Below, piece by piece: positions 50,529 to 51,696 of a DNA stretch of 51,696 nucleotides. The notes beneath the pieces are model-generated. The model was not told the origin of the DNA and searched no databases. It saw nothing but the letters and a program-made list of their open reading frames with translations. The translations under genes were made by a program, and so were the position numbers. Origin of the DNA: Candidatus Saganbacteria bacterium (lineage in GTDB: Bacteria > Margulisbacteria > WOR-1 > O2-12-FULL-45-9); NCBI GenBank assembly GCA_013204645.1, contig JABMSE010000125.1, positions 1 to 51,696 on the forward strand, read 5' to 3'. Numbering within the stretch: the first letter of the stretch is position 1; every line of letters begins with the position of its first letter.

Positions 50529-51641
50529 TCACACAATCAACATCGCATCGCCAAAGGAGAAAAAGCGGTATTTTTGGCGGATAGCAGCTTTGTAGGCTTT
50601 GCGAACAAACTCTTTGCCTGCAAAAGCAGAAACCAGCATAATTAGGGTCGACCGCGGCCAGTGAAAATTGGTGATCATAGCATCAACGGTTTTAAATTTA
50701 TAGCCGGGATAGATAAACAAATTGGTTTCGCCAAAAAGTTGGGACGGGGAACGCGGGACGCGGGACGACTCCAGCGCCCTCACAACTGTCGTCCCGACAG
50801 CAATTACTCGCTTGGCTTTTTTTATGGCCTTGATTGTTTCGGGAGGTACCGCAAATGATTCAGAATGCATCTTATGCTCAGCAAGATTATCAACTCTTAC
50901 CGGCAAAAAAGTTGCCAAGCCGGTATGCAGCGTAAGGTATGCAATTTTAACCCCCTTAGCTTTGATTTTTTTAAGCAGATTAGGTGTAAAATGAAGCCCA
51001 GCAGTAGGTGCCGCCGATGCCCCGGGCCGATTAGCATAAACCGTCTGATAACGTTTATCCAATTTGAGTTTTGAGTTTTTAAATTTTTTGTAATTTGTAA
51101 CTTGTAATTTGGTATTTATATACGGTGGTAGAGGAATCTTTCCCAATTTATGCAAAACCTTCCAAAAACCCCCGCGGCTTACAAATTCAATAATTTGCTC
51201 CCCACTTTCAAGTTTTTCGATAACCGTTCCAACCAGTTCTCCTTTGCCAAACCTCACTTTCGATCCAACTTTCAAGCGCTTCCCTGGTTTAACGAGGCAT
51301 TCCCAGGTCGTCTTCCTATTTTCGATTCTCGATTGTCTATTTTCTACTTTCTGCTTACCACACGCCTTCTCAATAGGATCTCTCTTTATCAGCAACACCT
51401 CAATCCTTGCTCCTCCCCCAACTTTCGTCCCAAACAACCTCGCCGGAATAACCTTCGTATCATTTAGCACCAAAAGATCACCGGGTTTAAGATAATCTAA
51501 AATATCGCTGAAGTGTTTGTGAGAGATGGTATGTTTTGTGGAATCAAGCACCATTAAGCGGGATTGGTCTCGCTTTTTGGATGGCTCATGGGCAATTAAT
51601 TCATCTGGAAAATTATAATCAAAATTAGATGTTTTAAGCAT
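50529..51641 (-). CDS. queA: S-adenosylmethionine:tRNA ribosyltransferase-isomerase
   Basis: FDYNFPDELIAHEP, LPPYI, RYQTVYA, SAAPTAGLHFT, VGTTVVRALES and FFSFGDAMLI. Confidence 0.9.
   Translation of the reverse strand: MLKTSNFDYNFPDELIAHEPSKKRDQSRLMVLDSTKHTISHKHFSDILDYLKPGDLLVLNDTKVIPARLFGTKVGGGARIEVLLIKRDPIEKACGKQKVENRQSRIENRKTTWECLVKPGKRLKVGSKVRFGKGELVGTVIEKLESGEQIIEFVSRGGFWKVLHKLGKIPLPPYINTKLQVTNYKKFKNSKLKLDKRYQTVYANRPGASAAPTAGLHFTPNLLKKIKAKGVKIAYLTLHTGLATFLPVRVDNLAEHKMHSESFAVPPETIKAIKKAKRVIAVGTTVVRALESSRVPRSPSQLFGETNLFIYPGYKFKTVDAMITNFHWPRSTLIMLVSAFAGKEFVRKAYKAAIRQKYRFFSFGDAMLIV
50741..50768. repeat. 7-nt-period G/C-rich tract inside queA
   Basis: gggacgg ggaacgc gggacgc gggacga. This encodes SRVPRSPS. 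Confidence 0.6.
51064..51119. repeat. 7-nt-period T/A/G tract inside queA
   Basis: ttgagtt ttgagtt tttaaat tttttgt aatttgt aacttgt aatttgg tatttat. This encodes KLQVTNYKKFKNSKLKL. Confidence 0.65.
51309..51357. repeat. 7-nt-period tract inside queA
   Basis: cgtcttc ctatttt cgattct cgattgt ctatttt ctacttt ctgctta. This encodes KQKVENRQSRIENRKT. Confidence 0.65.
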
Positions 51642-51661
51642 TTAATTCGAAAAATAAAAAT

Positions 51662-51696
51662 TCGGAGCGGCGGGATTCGAACCCACGATCTCTACC
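51662..51696 (-). tRNA. 3' portion of a tRNA gene cut by the window edge (possibly tRNA-Pro; no encoded CCA)
   Basis: The reverse complement is ggtagagatcGTGGGTTCGAATCCCGCcgctccgA. It shows a T-arm with a TTCGAAT loop, the acceptor 3' strand CGCTCCG and discriminator A. The implied C1:G72 pair with A73 is typical of bacterial tRNA-Pro, but the anticodon lies outside the window. Confidence 0.6.

Noticed and set aside
51642-51696. An integration hotspot or prophage boundary at the tRNA gene at the window end.
   Set aside because: No integrase, attachment-site repeat or phage gene is visible on the window side of the tRNA. The rest of the tRNA and whatever follows it lie outside the window.

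Overview
Gene-dense chromosomal segment from an AT-rich (about 40% G+C by eye) diderm bacterium, probably an uncultivated lineage. Diderm markers are LptB/F/G, an LptD-like outer membrane protein and Lnt. No rRNA, CRISPR array, integrase or phage genes were seen.

Layout:
- 1-19638: one uninterrupted minus-strand gene array. It runs glyQ-glyS, then a surface-glycosylation island, then type IV pilus minor pilins and PilMN/PilO. The island has 3 GT2, 3 GT-C/GT39-like membrane transferases, a plant-RGP/GT75-like protein, a NodU/CmcH carbamoyltransferase and a radical SAM/SPASM enzyme.
- 19.7-39.5 kb: housekeeping genes. These are trpD, lptB-lptF/G, DUF3084, lnt, an LptD-like gene with a lipoprotein, a TPR protein, rpsU, PSP1, holB, rel, an aldolase, a PfkB kinase and yggT-proC-sepF-yggS.
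- 39.5-43.4 kb: an accessory islet. It holds an atypical Hanks Ser/Thr kinase and an IS200-like Y1 (RAYT-type) transposase, embedded in about 11 copies of the palindrome GTGCCWGGCAC (REP/REPIN-like). It also holds a CTD-only secreted protein translationally coupled to a PorV-like beta-barrel.
- 43.5-51.7 kb: rpsB-tsf-polA, a second highly divergent Arg-rich long RelA/SpoT homolog (hydrolase motifs intact, synthetase motifs degenerate), queA, and the 3' part of a tRNA.

Most notable:
1. The REP-RAYT locus with the kinase bracketed by REPs.
2. The divergent second RSH.
3. A family of degenerate 7-nt-period tracts inserted in frame in housekeeping and envelope genes (queA three times, proC, the LptD-like gene, a lipoprotein, the PorV-like gene).
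4. The glycosylation island with a bacterial RGP/GT75 homolog.

All calls come from reading the translations and sequence by eye. No searches were run.
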